The position numbers and the translations under genes are program-made. From Eledone cirrhosa (lineage: Eukaryota): DNA of 64,000 bases. Position 1 is the stretch's first letter. Each line of letters starts with the position of its first letter. This document shows, in pieces, positions 25,389 to 35,400 of this stretch. The notes beneath the pieces were generated by a model. That model was not told the DNA's origin and searched no databases. It saw nothing but the letters and a program-made list of their open reading frames with translations. The DNA lies in the NCBI GenBank assembly GCA_964016885.1, contig OZ024742.1, positions 356,810,001-356,874,000 on the forward strand, in the 5' to 3' direction.

Positions 25389-26549
25389 TTAAACCACATC
25401 TAACCTTCTTAATAGAAAAGACACATTTGATAATATAGTCATAGAAATGAAATTATATATGGTCATAGTTTAACTAGAATGCCTTTGATCAAATGTTTTC
25501 TTACCTCATTGCTGCTGTAGGGATAAAGAAATAACAGCCAAATCTTCCTTATATCACTCAGTCCTAGAATAAGGCTGCTCTGTTGTTTGTACAACTATGT
25601 TGTTAAAGCTTAAGTCAATTTATTCCATATGTCATTCTCATAAATGAAACTTAAGGGTCAGTGTCCCAGTGGACAGGATGGAGAAGTCATTGTTGGGTCT
25701 TGCACTTGTGGGTAGCCAAGTCTGCTCCGGTAGCAGTGAGTAGGGATGAAACAATAATAACAAATCACTCTGAGTCATTGCTGTAAGTAGTGAGAGTACT
25801 ATATAATCTTATATAAAACAGGGTACAGGATTGTTGCATCTTGAGTCTTTCATAGGATATGAACATTTTCCTATTTCTGATTAAGCTTTCTTGTAAGAAG
25901 TAAACTGTCTGATTTTATTATTGAATGATTGCTGTTTATTGCTTAACATCCTATAATTATTTACAAAAAATACCTAAAATTAGGTTTAATGCACATGTTT
26001 ATATTATCTTTACTAGTGAACAGATTTATGTTAAAATTTGTAGTTTTAGAGCATACACATTTGTTTTTCAATATGATGTAGTTATAGTGCTGTTTTATAC
26101 TTTTCAAGAATGTCTTGCTAATGTGGTTTAACGTGATACAGGATGTTAACAGTCAATGACTTTGATAGGTTAATTATTTTGATAAGTATTTTAGTTTAGT
26201 AGGCTTAAAATATTCAAATTTCATTTTCTGTTAGTTTCATTGTCTAGAGAATATCCATTCTTATTCCTCTGTTCTTGTACTCTGAGACTGGTGGAAAGGA
26301 GAGAGGAATCTAGTCTAAATACTTAGAAGAGAGAGTACTTCATTGAAGACACCAAAGGGCTGTAAGGTGGGGTTATTCTAAATGAGAGGTTTAGTCTGCA
26401 ATCCAACTCAGCTCCAGTGAGTTTTGAACTCTAACAGAAAGAGTCCTGGCAAATATCACAAGGCTACATGTCCAACCCATACTGATGATGATCTTGTATG
26501 GTACTCTAATGATTCTTCCAGATTGGTCATTTATTGCAGCCAACTGATT

Positions 26550-26596
26550 AAATGACAAAGTTGACATTGGTGGAATTTGAACTCAGAATGTGAATG
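26550..26596 (-). mobile_element. Short SINE family A remnant (B-box region)
   Basis: ACAAAGTTGACATTGGTGGAATTTGAACTCAGAATGT is homologous to 29516-29548. Confidence 0.6.
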
Positions 26597-26611
26597 CATA
26601 TAAATCTTGAG

Positions 26612-26818
26612 GGAATCATAAGGATGCCATATTGACATACGGCATTGCTAGGGCATTGTTTATGCAATGTAAAGAACCATTAACTTATCCAATGGAAGAT
26701 ACCATTAACAAATCTAACATTTGTACTCAGGAGTATTAGCTACTAAATATATCAATGATCCCATAACTCCAGAAGGAATCATAGGGATGTTATATTGACA
26801 TACAGCCCTTCTAGGGCA
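26612..26818. repeat. ~44-bp dispersed direct repeat (26612-26655 and 26775-26818)
   Basis: GGAATCATAAGGATGCCATATTGACATACGGCATTGCTAGGGCA vs GGAATCATAGGGATGTTATATTGACATACAGCCCTTCTAGGGCA. Confidence 0.8.
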
Positions 26819-26928
26819 GTTTTCTACTGGCAGAGCCCATTTCCTCTACAGATTTGAATACAGCAGATTTCTTCTAGAGAAGATTAGAGAGTGAGAGAAC
26901 AGAAGAGGGAAAGAGATATGGAGGAAAA

Positions 26929-27088
26929 ATCGACCCCAGTACTAGACTGGTACTTTTTTATGGACCTTTAATCGATGAATAGCAAATTTAACATTGGTGA
27001 GATTTGAACTCTGAAGTACAGAAAGCTGAAACAAATACTGCAAAGCATTCTATCTAATATACTAATGACTCTACCAGTTCACCACGGC
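26929..27088 (-). mobile_element. Degenerate SINE family A copy including the head
   Basis: ATCGACCCCAGTACTAGACTGGTAC...GAGATTTGAACTC (B box on minus strand)...GCAAAGCATTCTATCTAATATACTAATGACTCTACCAGTTCACCAC. Confidence 0.75.
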
Positions 27089-27838
27089 AAATTGGCAAAA
27101 TGTAGAAAGCTGGAATAAATACCACCTACTCACCCCCATTGATATGGAGTTGGCTACTCTAGCTAAACCAAAATGTTGGAGATCTGGTAGTTGGCATCTG
27201 CTGGCTATATTTATCAATGTAGTTGCTAATCTATGTTATAATAACTGTACAATACTTTCATGACACTGACAATTTGTTGCAAAAGACAATTTTTCTTTTA
27301 TATTTTAGTCAAGATATTTTATTATGTTTGTGTTTGTTACATTCCATAATATGTTCATACTTCAAGTTTGTCTATAGCTTAGAAGTTTATGTATGTCTAA
27401 TGTAGTAATTACGTGTTATGTTCATAAATATCATTACATTTAGATATTGCATAAGTCCTGTGAAGATTGTATCCATACTTACAAAAATAACAGTTTATTA
27501 ATGAAATGCATTTAATATATCGCTATATAACTATTGTTATATCCATCTAACTTTCTATCCATTTATATTTTTCTAATGTTTACATATCCATCTTCATATT
27601 TATAGTATCTATGAGCATGTGTTTGTTTGTGTGTGTAGTTTTCTTGTGTTTATCCTACAGAACACAATACTTCAGAGAGTAAAACATGCGGTGTACTATA
27701 TTGATATACTTGTTTTACAAAGATAAATCTCATTTTAATTCACAAAGAATCTGATCTTAAATTAAAAAAGAAATTTACACTAAGTATGAGTACAGAACAC
27801 TAATTAGAGATTATGTTGATGACCAATACGTCTATGAC

Positions 27839-28168
27839 TTGATGCCCTTCCTATCACCAACTGCTTTACAGAGTGTATTGAGTGTGTTTATCATGTAGAT
27901 CACCAATGCTAGGGATGTTGTAAAGTCCATGGCACAACTGAAGTATCCTCCTCACCCTTTGTTTGGCAAGCATTTGATGCCTTTCCTAACACCAACCACT
28001 TTACAGAGTGTACTGGGTTCATTTATCATGTAAATCAACAAAACAAGGGAGGTTGCCATATCTATGACATAATGGAGGAGTCCTTCCGACCCTTTGTTTG
28101 GCATGTTTTTCTAGGCCTTGTTACCCTATCACCAACTAATTTAAATAGTGAATTGGGTTCATTTATCT
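27839..28168. repeat. ~135-bp degenerate tandem repeat (about 2.4 copies) of an interspersed-repeat segment
   Basis: TTGATGCCYTTCCTA.CACCAAC..CTTTACAGAGTGTA.TG...TTTATCATGTA...CCCTTTGTTTGGCA starts at 27839 and 27974, with a partial third copy near 28120. Confidence 0.8.
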
Positions 28169-28213
28169 GTTGTTGAAAAATATTTGACTCAATTGCTATT
28201 TAGTAAGATGAGG

Positions 28214-29425
28214 ATTTCTAATTTAGGCACAAGGCCAGCAATTTGGGGATAAGGGGTGGAAAGAGGATTAAATTGCACCAAACACTTGATCGGTACTTTA
28301 CTTTATCAACTCTCTGTTCTGTTCTTGGCACCCTTTTGTTTGTGGCATATATTAATGACATAGATGCCAACTTAAAGAATGCCACAGTACTGAAATATGC
28401 AGATGACATCAAGCTGTACTTTGAGATAAAAAGGACAGATCCTGAACACTATAGATCTTGCCTGCAATCTGACCTGAACACAATGCAACAATGGATCACA
28501 GACAGGCAACTCAAGCTAGCTGTGGACAAGTGCACCACTATGCATTTTGGGAGTAAAAACCCAGCATCCACATACTCCCTCCACAACACTAATGTCAAGA
28601 AGTCTTCTTGTGAACGTGACCTGGGCATTACGGTCAGCAGTGATTTGCGTTGGACGAAGCACATCTCTAAAATTGTCAAGAAGGCCGAGGGTGTCTTAGA
28701 TCACTTAGCAAGACCTTTGTCAGCTGCTCTCCAGATATCTATTTAAGGCTGTATACAGCTATGGTGCGGCCACACTTAGAATTTGCATCACCAGTCTGGA
28801 ACCCCTATCTTGCTCAGAACATTGACTGACTGGAAACTGTTCAGAGACGTGCAACCAAGCGAATACCCTCCAACAGGCATCTACCATACTCTGAGTGCCT
28901 TGCTTCCCGGGGCATGGAGACATTGAAGCTCTGACGTCTGCCAACTGACTTGGTAAACACCCACAAAATGATTAACCATCTTGCCAAAAACAACTCTGAG
29001 TACCTTTTTGATTTCCATGTGTCTAACAGACGTGGCATGACCACAAAGTCAGAAAACAGCACAGCTCCCATGACTTTCGGAAACATTTTTTCATGCTCAG
29101 AGTTGCTGAAGCATGGAATAAACTACCTGGTTCAGTTGTTAGATGTCGAGACACTGCATCCTTTAAAACCTCCATGCTTCCTGAGATTCGCCAACACTAC
29201 ACCTAATATCCCTCCCTCCATACACATACACACATGTAAATCATGACTCATACACTATTCACTTCCCTGACATTTTTATATTATTCTATGTACTATACAT
29301 GCACCTTTGATGAGTTGTAGTGCACCTGAGCACTGTACACAGTAATTTCATTATTATAACTCCAGAAAATGAAAGGCAAAACTTACTTCAGTGGAATTTG
29401 AACACAGTATGTAAAATCTTGAAGC
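28214..29425 (-). mobile_element. SINE family A copy split by a LINE insertion (pieces 28214-28312 and 29358-29425)
   Basis: GGCACAAGGCCAGCAATT...GGTACTTTACTTTATCAACTC resumes after the LINE as AACTCCAGAAAATGAAAGGCAAA...GGAATTTGAACAC, collinear with the intact copies at 29427 and 29668. Confidence 0.8.
28313..29357 (+). mobile_element. 5'-truncated, decayed CR1/L2-type non-LTR retrotransposon (ORF2 reverse transcriptase C-terminal part, 3' UTR, ATT tail)
   Basis: Translation gives SVLGTLLFVAYINDID...KYADDIKLY (RT YADD motif, 28396-28407) and ERDLGITVSSDLRW..HI..IVKKA. After a frameshift it gives LYTAMVRPHLEFASPVWNPY...LETVQRRATKRI and FF..RVAEAWNKLP, all typical CR1/L2-group ORF2 motifs. In-frame stops and frameshifts show it is inactive. 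Confidence 0.93.
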
Positions 29426-29426
29426 A

Positions 29427-29654
29427 AATAATTGTTTCTACTTTTGGCACAAGGCCAGCGATTATCCCAGTGTATTACTGGTACTTTATTTTATCGACCC
29501 CGTAAGGATGAAAGGCAAAGTTAACCTTGGCGGGATTTGAACTCAGACAATAAAGGGCCGTAACTTTTTGCTGCAAAGCATGGCGTCAGACCCTCTACTG
29601 ATACTGCCAATGTATTTTGTCTGACACTCTACCAAATCAGCCAATCCCTTGCTT
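29427..29654 (-). mobile_element. Full-length tRNA-derived SINE family A copy with a duplicated head
   Basis: On the minus strand: A-box-like TGGCAGTATCAGTAGAG, B box GAGTTCAAATCCC, body and ATT tail. Two head units in tandem at 29579-29652. Confidence 0.88.
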
Positions 29655-29667
29655 TCTATAGCGTAAC

Positions 29668-29888
29668 ATAATTGTTTCTACTTTAGTCACAAGGCCAGCA
29701 ATTTGAAGGGGAGAGGAAAGTTGATTAAATAGCCCCCAGTACTACTGGTGATTTATTTTATCAACCCCATGAAGATGGAAGGCAATGCTAACCTTGGCAG
29801 AATTTGAACTCAGAACATAATGGGTCGTAACTTTGTGTCGTGAAGCATAGTATCCGATGTTCTACTGATACTGCCAATCCGCTACCCT
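29668..29888 (-). mobile_element. Full-length tRNA-derived SINE family A copy
   Basis: Minus strand starts GGGTAGCGGATTGGCAGTATCAGTAGAAC, with B box GAGTTCAAATTC, the conserved body and the AGAAACAATTAT tail. Confidence 0.88.
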
Positions 29889-30069
29889 TCTATATAATAA
29901 TGTAATAAGAAGGGATATTTAGTGTGCCTGTGTGTGTGATAGAGAGAGAGTATATTTAATAGGGGATAAGATTTTGTTGTTGGTTAATGACAAGTCCTCC
30001 TTGACCAAGGCAATCTTGTTTCAAAAGTGTCCCAGATTTTACTAACCTATCTTTTCATTTATCATGGGC

Positions 30070-30500
30070 TATGTTATCAAATACTGTCCTTCCTTTTTTA
30101 AGAAGTTAGTTTGCAATTCTAGGTGGATTTGGCTGATGTTGCTAAACAGTTAACCAGCCACATAGTGATGGATTTCTTTGTTACACAAGGTATATTATCT
30201 TTGTTGTTGATCTGTAGGTTAGTCCTGATTGAACATACCTATGATCAATGTCTTTCCAGCCATGACTATCCCCACTTAGGACAGGTAGAGACACATTATC
30301 TCCTGTGTTATTCCATGTTTGAGATGTTAGGATTCGATTCAGTGTAGATTTGGCTGTTATTTCTAGCCATCTCTCATTCAACATTTAAGATGCTAGGATG
30401 TGTTTCAGGGCTGATTTGGCTGCTATTTTTAGATATTAGGGTATATTTCAAGATAGATTTGGCCGCTATTTCTAGCAAGTCGTTTAACCACCTAGAGACT
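30070..30500. repeat. Degenerate interspersed repeat with recurring GATTTGGCTGCTATTTCTAG motif
   Basis: Motif copies near 30126, 30347, 30413 and 30456. The reverse complement AGAAATAACAGCCAAATC occurs at ~25527-25544. Confidence 0.6.
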
Positions 30501-30752
30501 ATTTCATTGGATTTGGTTCAAGATATATTAACAGTTGTGGAGAAATAGATCAAAATAACTAGATTTGCAAATTCTCTTCTGTGAAGATGAGCGATTTTTC
30601 TTTTCCCCTTTAGGGTCCAACAGCAAAGCTGTCATGTTATATGCAGCCACACTAATCTCAATGGATATTGGATAAAACACTTCCTTGTTAGTAATGGAAA
30701 CATTACACAGTATAATGTGATGTAGAATAGCAATGACGGCTGGAATGTTCAT

Positions 30753-31095
30753 TCACACACATATACACATACAAACAGCTGTGTATACAAACACACACAC
30801 ACTGGATCATGCACATAAACACACATGAATATACACATAAACATACATACATACACAATACATACAGCCATATACATACAGAAAATGCAACATACTTGTT
30901 CACAACACACACACAGTCACAAATATATTTATACACAACACAGCCATGCACAATACACACACAACTATGCACATGTAAACACAAACATGCATTTACTCAC
31001 ATATACACACATAAAAACAGAGTGACAGACATAGAAAAAGTCACACATTCACCTATACACATGTACACACATTTTTGTATATATAGAAACACATG
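30753..31095. repeat. Degenerate (CA)/(TA)-rich simple repeat
   Basis: Direct reading. Confidence 0.85.
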
Positions 31096-31104
31096 CAAAG
31101 AAAC

Positions 31105-31418
31105 GCTTGGTTTAGTGGTTAGAGCATTGAGGTCACAATTGTGAGGTTGTGAGTTCAAATCCCAGACAGGTTGGTTCGATGTGTTCTTGAGTAAAACACT
31201 TTATTTCACATTGCTCCAGGTTACTCAGCTGTGGCAACCTCATGGCTGCAAAGCTGTATCAGCCATTGCCTTTCGCTTGGACACCATCATGGCATGGAAA
31301 AGGGAGACTGGTATGTATGAGTGACCACTGGTCTTCCACAAACACAAATTGTCCAGGCTTGAGCCTCTGAGGGGAACTTTATAGGTGCAAAACTATGGTC
31401 ATTCATGACCGAAGGGGC
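31105..31418 (+). mobile_element. tRNA-derived SINE family B, apparently full length
   Basis: A box TGGTTTAGTGG (31108-31118) and B box GAGTTCAAATCCC (31151-31163) at tRNA-like spacing, followed by a non-tRNA body. Its 3' end matches the fragment at 21635-21714. Confidence 0.8.
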
Positions 31419-32494
31419 CTACAACACAGAAACACACTCAAAGGCTCATACATATACATATATACACAAAAGCACATACATACATGTACTCACAAAATCA
31501 TAGAATGGTGTACATATTTATATTCACACTGAAACAGAGAAACACATACACCCATGAGTATACTACAAAGGCACGCACAATGACCAAATACACTCAAACA
31601 CAGGCATAATGGTTCATATATACACACAATGACATATACATTCTTGTATACACAGAAGTCTAGACAGCATTTTTATTATTCACAGTTGTATTTAATATCA
31701 TTTTAAATCCTTACAAAATGAAAATATAAACACATATGAAAAATACATTTAACCATTGCTAGGAATCTCACAAATATAATACACAAAAATATATCAAATA
31801 TAATACACAACAATTGGATGCAAAAACGAAAACGACCATCAATTGGCCAGCAATTGGTACATTCAGCTGCACATATAGTGGAGTCTTGGTTCACAATCAC
31901 CACTCATCATCTTGTTATTTTAATATCTGCTTTCCCTGCAAGGGTTGAATGGGTTTAGATTGACCAATCAATACTGGTGACTTCTGATCTTCCAGACAAG
32001 CCAGGGATATGTTATCTCACTTATGTACGGTCTCACATTCTCCCTAGTGAACCACAAACAAATATTCTGAACATAAAAGTTTCAACTGATTAATGGTGTC
32101 TTGAGCAATGAACAGACAAGTCAGGACCAGCAGTTGGCAACATACTGCAAGAATCGGAGGGAAAGTATCACTTGCTGTGTAGTTAGTTACTATGGTGATA
32201 TCTATCTGCCTTTCACACAGTCTCTCTCTCACTGTATTTCTCTCTCAGCAATTTGTATGGGAACAATAGTTTCGGTTTACAAACATTTCGGATGGGGATC
32301 AGCCTTCAGGAATGATTTAAGTTTGAGAACTGAGGTTACACTGTATATACAGAGACACAGAAATAGACACATACACACACATGCCTCCCCCAAAGACACA
32401 CTAAAACGCATAGCAACACACTTAGCTTGTAAATGAAATATGCTGAAGATGGGAATGGTGGTAGTGGTGATGATGATGATGATGCTAGTCATAG

Positions 32495-35400
32495 AGTTGG
32501 TGATGGTGGTAATAGTTGTGGTGTTGATGGTGGTGGTAGTCTTGGTGTTGGTGATGGTAGTGGTGGTAATAGTTGTGGTGTTGGTGGTGGTGGTGATAGT
32601 TGTGGTGTTGGTGGTGGGGGTAGTCTTGGTGTTGGTGATGGTGGTGGAGGTAATAGTTGTGGTGTTGGTGGTGGTGGTAGTCTTGGTGTTGGTGGTGTTG
32701 GTGGTGGAGGTAATAGTTGTGGTGTTGGTAGTGGTGGTAGTCTTGGTGTTGGTGATGGTGGTGGAGGTAATAGTTGTGGTGTTGGTGGTGGTGGTGGTGG
32801 TAATAGTTGTAGTGTTGATGGTGATGGTAGTCTTGGTGATGGTGATGGTGGTGGTGGTAATAGTTGTAGTGTTGATGGTGATGGTAGTCTTGGTGATGGT
32901 GATGGTGGTGGTGGTAATAATTGTGGTGTTGGTGGTGGTGGTAGCCTTGGTGTTGGTGATGGTGGTGGTGGTGATAGTTGTGGTGTTGGTGGTGGTGGTA
33001 GTCTTGGTGTTGGTGATGGTGGTGGTGGTAATAGTTGTGGTGTTGATGGTGGTGGTAGTCTTGGTATTGGTGATGGTGGTGGAGGTAATAGTTGTGGTGT
33101 TGGTGGTGGTGGTAGTCTTGGTGTTGGTGATGGTGGTGGAGGTAATAGTTGTGGTGTTGATGGTGGTGGTAGTCTTGGTGTTGGTGATGGTGGTGGAGGT
33201 AATAGTTGTGGTGTTGATGGTGGTGGTAGTCTTGGTGTTGGTGGTGTTGGTGGTGGAGGTAATAGTTGTGGTGTTGGTGGTGGTGGTAGTCTTGGTGTTG
33301 GTGATGGTGGTGGAGGTAATAGTTGTGGTGTTGGTGGTGGTGGTAGTCTTGGTGTTATTGATGGTGGTGGAGGTAATAGTTGTGGTGTTGGTGGTGGTGG
33401 TAGTCTTGGTGTTGGTGATGGTGGTGGAGGTAATAGTTGTGGTGTTGATGGTGGTGGTAGTCTTGGTGTTGGTGATGGTGGTGGAGGTAATAGTTGTGGT
33501 GTTGATGGTGGTGGTAGTCTTGGTGTTGATGTTGATGGTGGAGGTAATAGTTGTGGTGTTGGTGGTGGTGGTAGTATTGGTGTTGGTGATGGTGGTGGAG
33601 GTAATAGTTGTGGTGTTGATGGTGGTGGTAGTCTTGGTGTTGGTGATGGTGGTGGAGGTAATAGTTGTGGTGTTGTTGGTGGTGGTAGTCTTGGTGTTGG
33701 TGATGATGGTGGAGGTAATAGTTGTGGTGTTGATGGTGGTAGTCTTGGTGTTGGTGATGGTGGTGGAGGTAATAGTTGTGGTGTTGGTGGTGGTGGTAGT
33801 CTTGGTGTTGGTGATGGTGGTGGAGGTAATAGTTGTGGTGTTGTTGGTGGTGGTAGTCTTGGTGTTGGTGATGATGGTGGAGGTAATAGTTGTGGTGTTG
33901 ATGGTGGTGGTAGTCTTGGTGTTGGTGATGGTGGTGGTGGTAATAGTTGTGGTGTTGTTGGTGGTGGTAGTCTTGGTGTTGGTGATGATGGTGGAGGTAA
34001 TAGTTGTGGTGTTGGTGGTGGTGGTAGTCTTGGTGTTGGTGTTGGTGGTGGAGGTAATAGTTGTGGTGTTGTTGGTGGTGGTAGTCTTGGTGTCGGTGAT
34101 GGTGGTGGTGGTGGTAATAGTTTTGGTGTTGATGGTGGTGGTAGTCTTGGTGTCGGTGATGGTGGTGGTGGTAATAGTTGTGGTGTTGGTGGTGGTGGTA
34201 GTCTTGGTGTTGGTGATGATGGTGGAGGTAATAGTTGTGGTGTTGTTGGTGGTGGTAGTCTTGGTGTTGGTGATGGTGGTGGTGTTGATGGTGGTGGTAG
34301 TCTTGGTGTTGGTGATGGTGGTGGAGGTAATAGTTGTGGTGTTGATGGTGGTGGAAGTCTTGGTGTTGATGTTGATGGTGGAGGTAATAGTTTTGGTGTT
34401 GTTGGTGGTGGTAGTCTTGGTGTTGGTGATGGTGGTGGTGGTAATAGTTGTGGTGTTGGTGGTGGTGGTAGTCTTGGTGTTGGTGATGGTGGTGGTGGTA
34501 ATAGTTTTGGTGTTGTTGGTGGTGGTAGTCTTGGTGTTGGTGTTGGTGGTGGAGGTAATAGTTGTGGTGTTGGTGGTAGTGGTGGTAGTCTTGGTGTTGA
34601 TGTTGATGGTGGAGGTAATAGTTTTGGTGTTGTTGGTGGTAGTCTTGGTGTTGGTGGTGTTGGTGGTGGAGGAAATAGTTGTGGTGTTGGTGGTGATGTT
34701 AGTCTTGGTGTTGGTGGTGTTGGTGGTGGAGGTAATAGTTGTGGTGTTGGTGGTGGTGGTAGTCTTGGTGTTGGTGGTGTTGGTGGTGGAGGTAATAGTT
34801 TTGGTGTTGATGGTGGTGGTAGTCTTGGTGTTGGTGGTGTTGGTGGTGGAGGAAATAGTTGTGGTGTTGGTGGTGATGGTAGTCTTGGTGTTGGTGGTGT
34901 TGGTGGTGGAGGAAATAGTTGTGGTGTTGGTGGTGGTGGTAGTCTTGGTGTTGGTGGTGTTGGTGGTGGAGGAAACAGTTGTGGTGTTGGTGGTGATGGT
35001 AGTCTTGGTGTTGGTGGTGTTGGTGGTGGAGGTAATAGTTGTGGTGTTGGTGGTGGTGGTAGTCTTGTTGTTGGTGGTGTTGGTGGTGGAGGAAATAGTT
35101 GTGGTGTTGGTGGTGATGGTAGTCTTGGTGTTGGTGGTGTTGGTGGTGGAGGAAATAGTTGTGGTGTTGGTGGTGGTGGTAGTCTTGGTGTTGGTGGTGT
35201 TGGTGGTGGAGGTAATAGTTGTGGTGTTGGTGGTGGTGGTAGTCTTGGTGTTGGTGGTGTTGGTGGTGGAGGAAATAGTTGTGGTGTTGGTGGTGATGGT
35301 AGTCTTGGTGTTGGTGGTGTTGGTGGTGGAGGAAATAGTTGTGGTGTTGGTGGTGGTGGTAGTCTTGGTGTTGGTGGTGTTGGTGGTGGAGGTAATAGTT

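Noticed and set aside
25655-25742. GC-richer patch ending in a donor-like GTGAGT
   Set aside because: No convincing acceptor site and no recognisable peptide. Insufficient evidence for an exon.
28243-28746. 167-aa ORF as an intact gene
   Set aside because: It is a chimera of SINE sequence (first ~23 codons) and a truncated LINE RT fragment that frameshifts downstream.
30590-30730. Possible exon after a polypyrimidine tract and AG (TTTTTCTTTTCCCCTTTAG, ~30612)
   Set aside because: All three frames hit stops within ~40 codons, there is no recognisable protein similarity and no clear donor site. It cannot be supported without RNA data.
31105-31175. tRNA gene
   Set aside because: A and B boxes are present, but I could not form a convincing acceptor stem. 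It continues into a ~250-bp body shared with another copy, so it is a SINE head.
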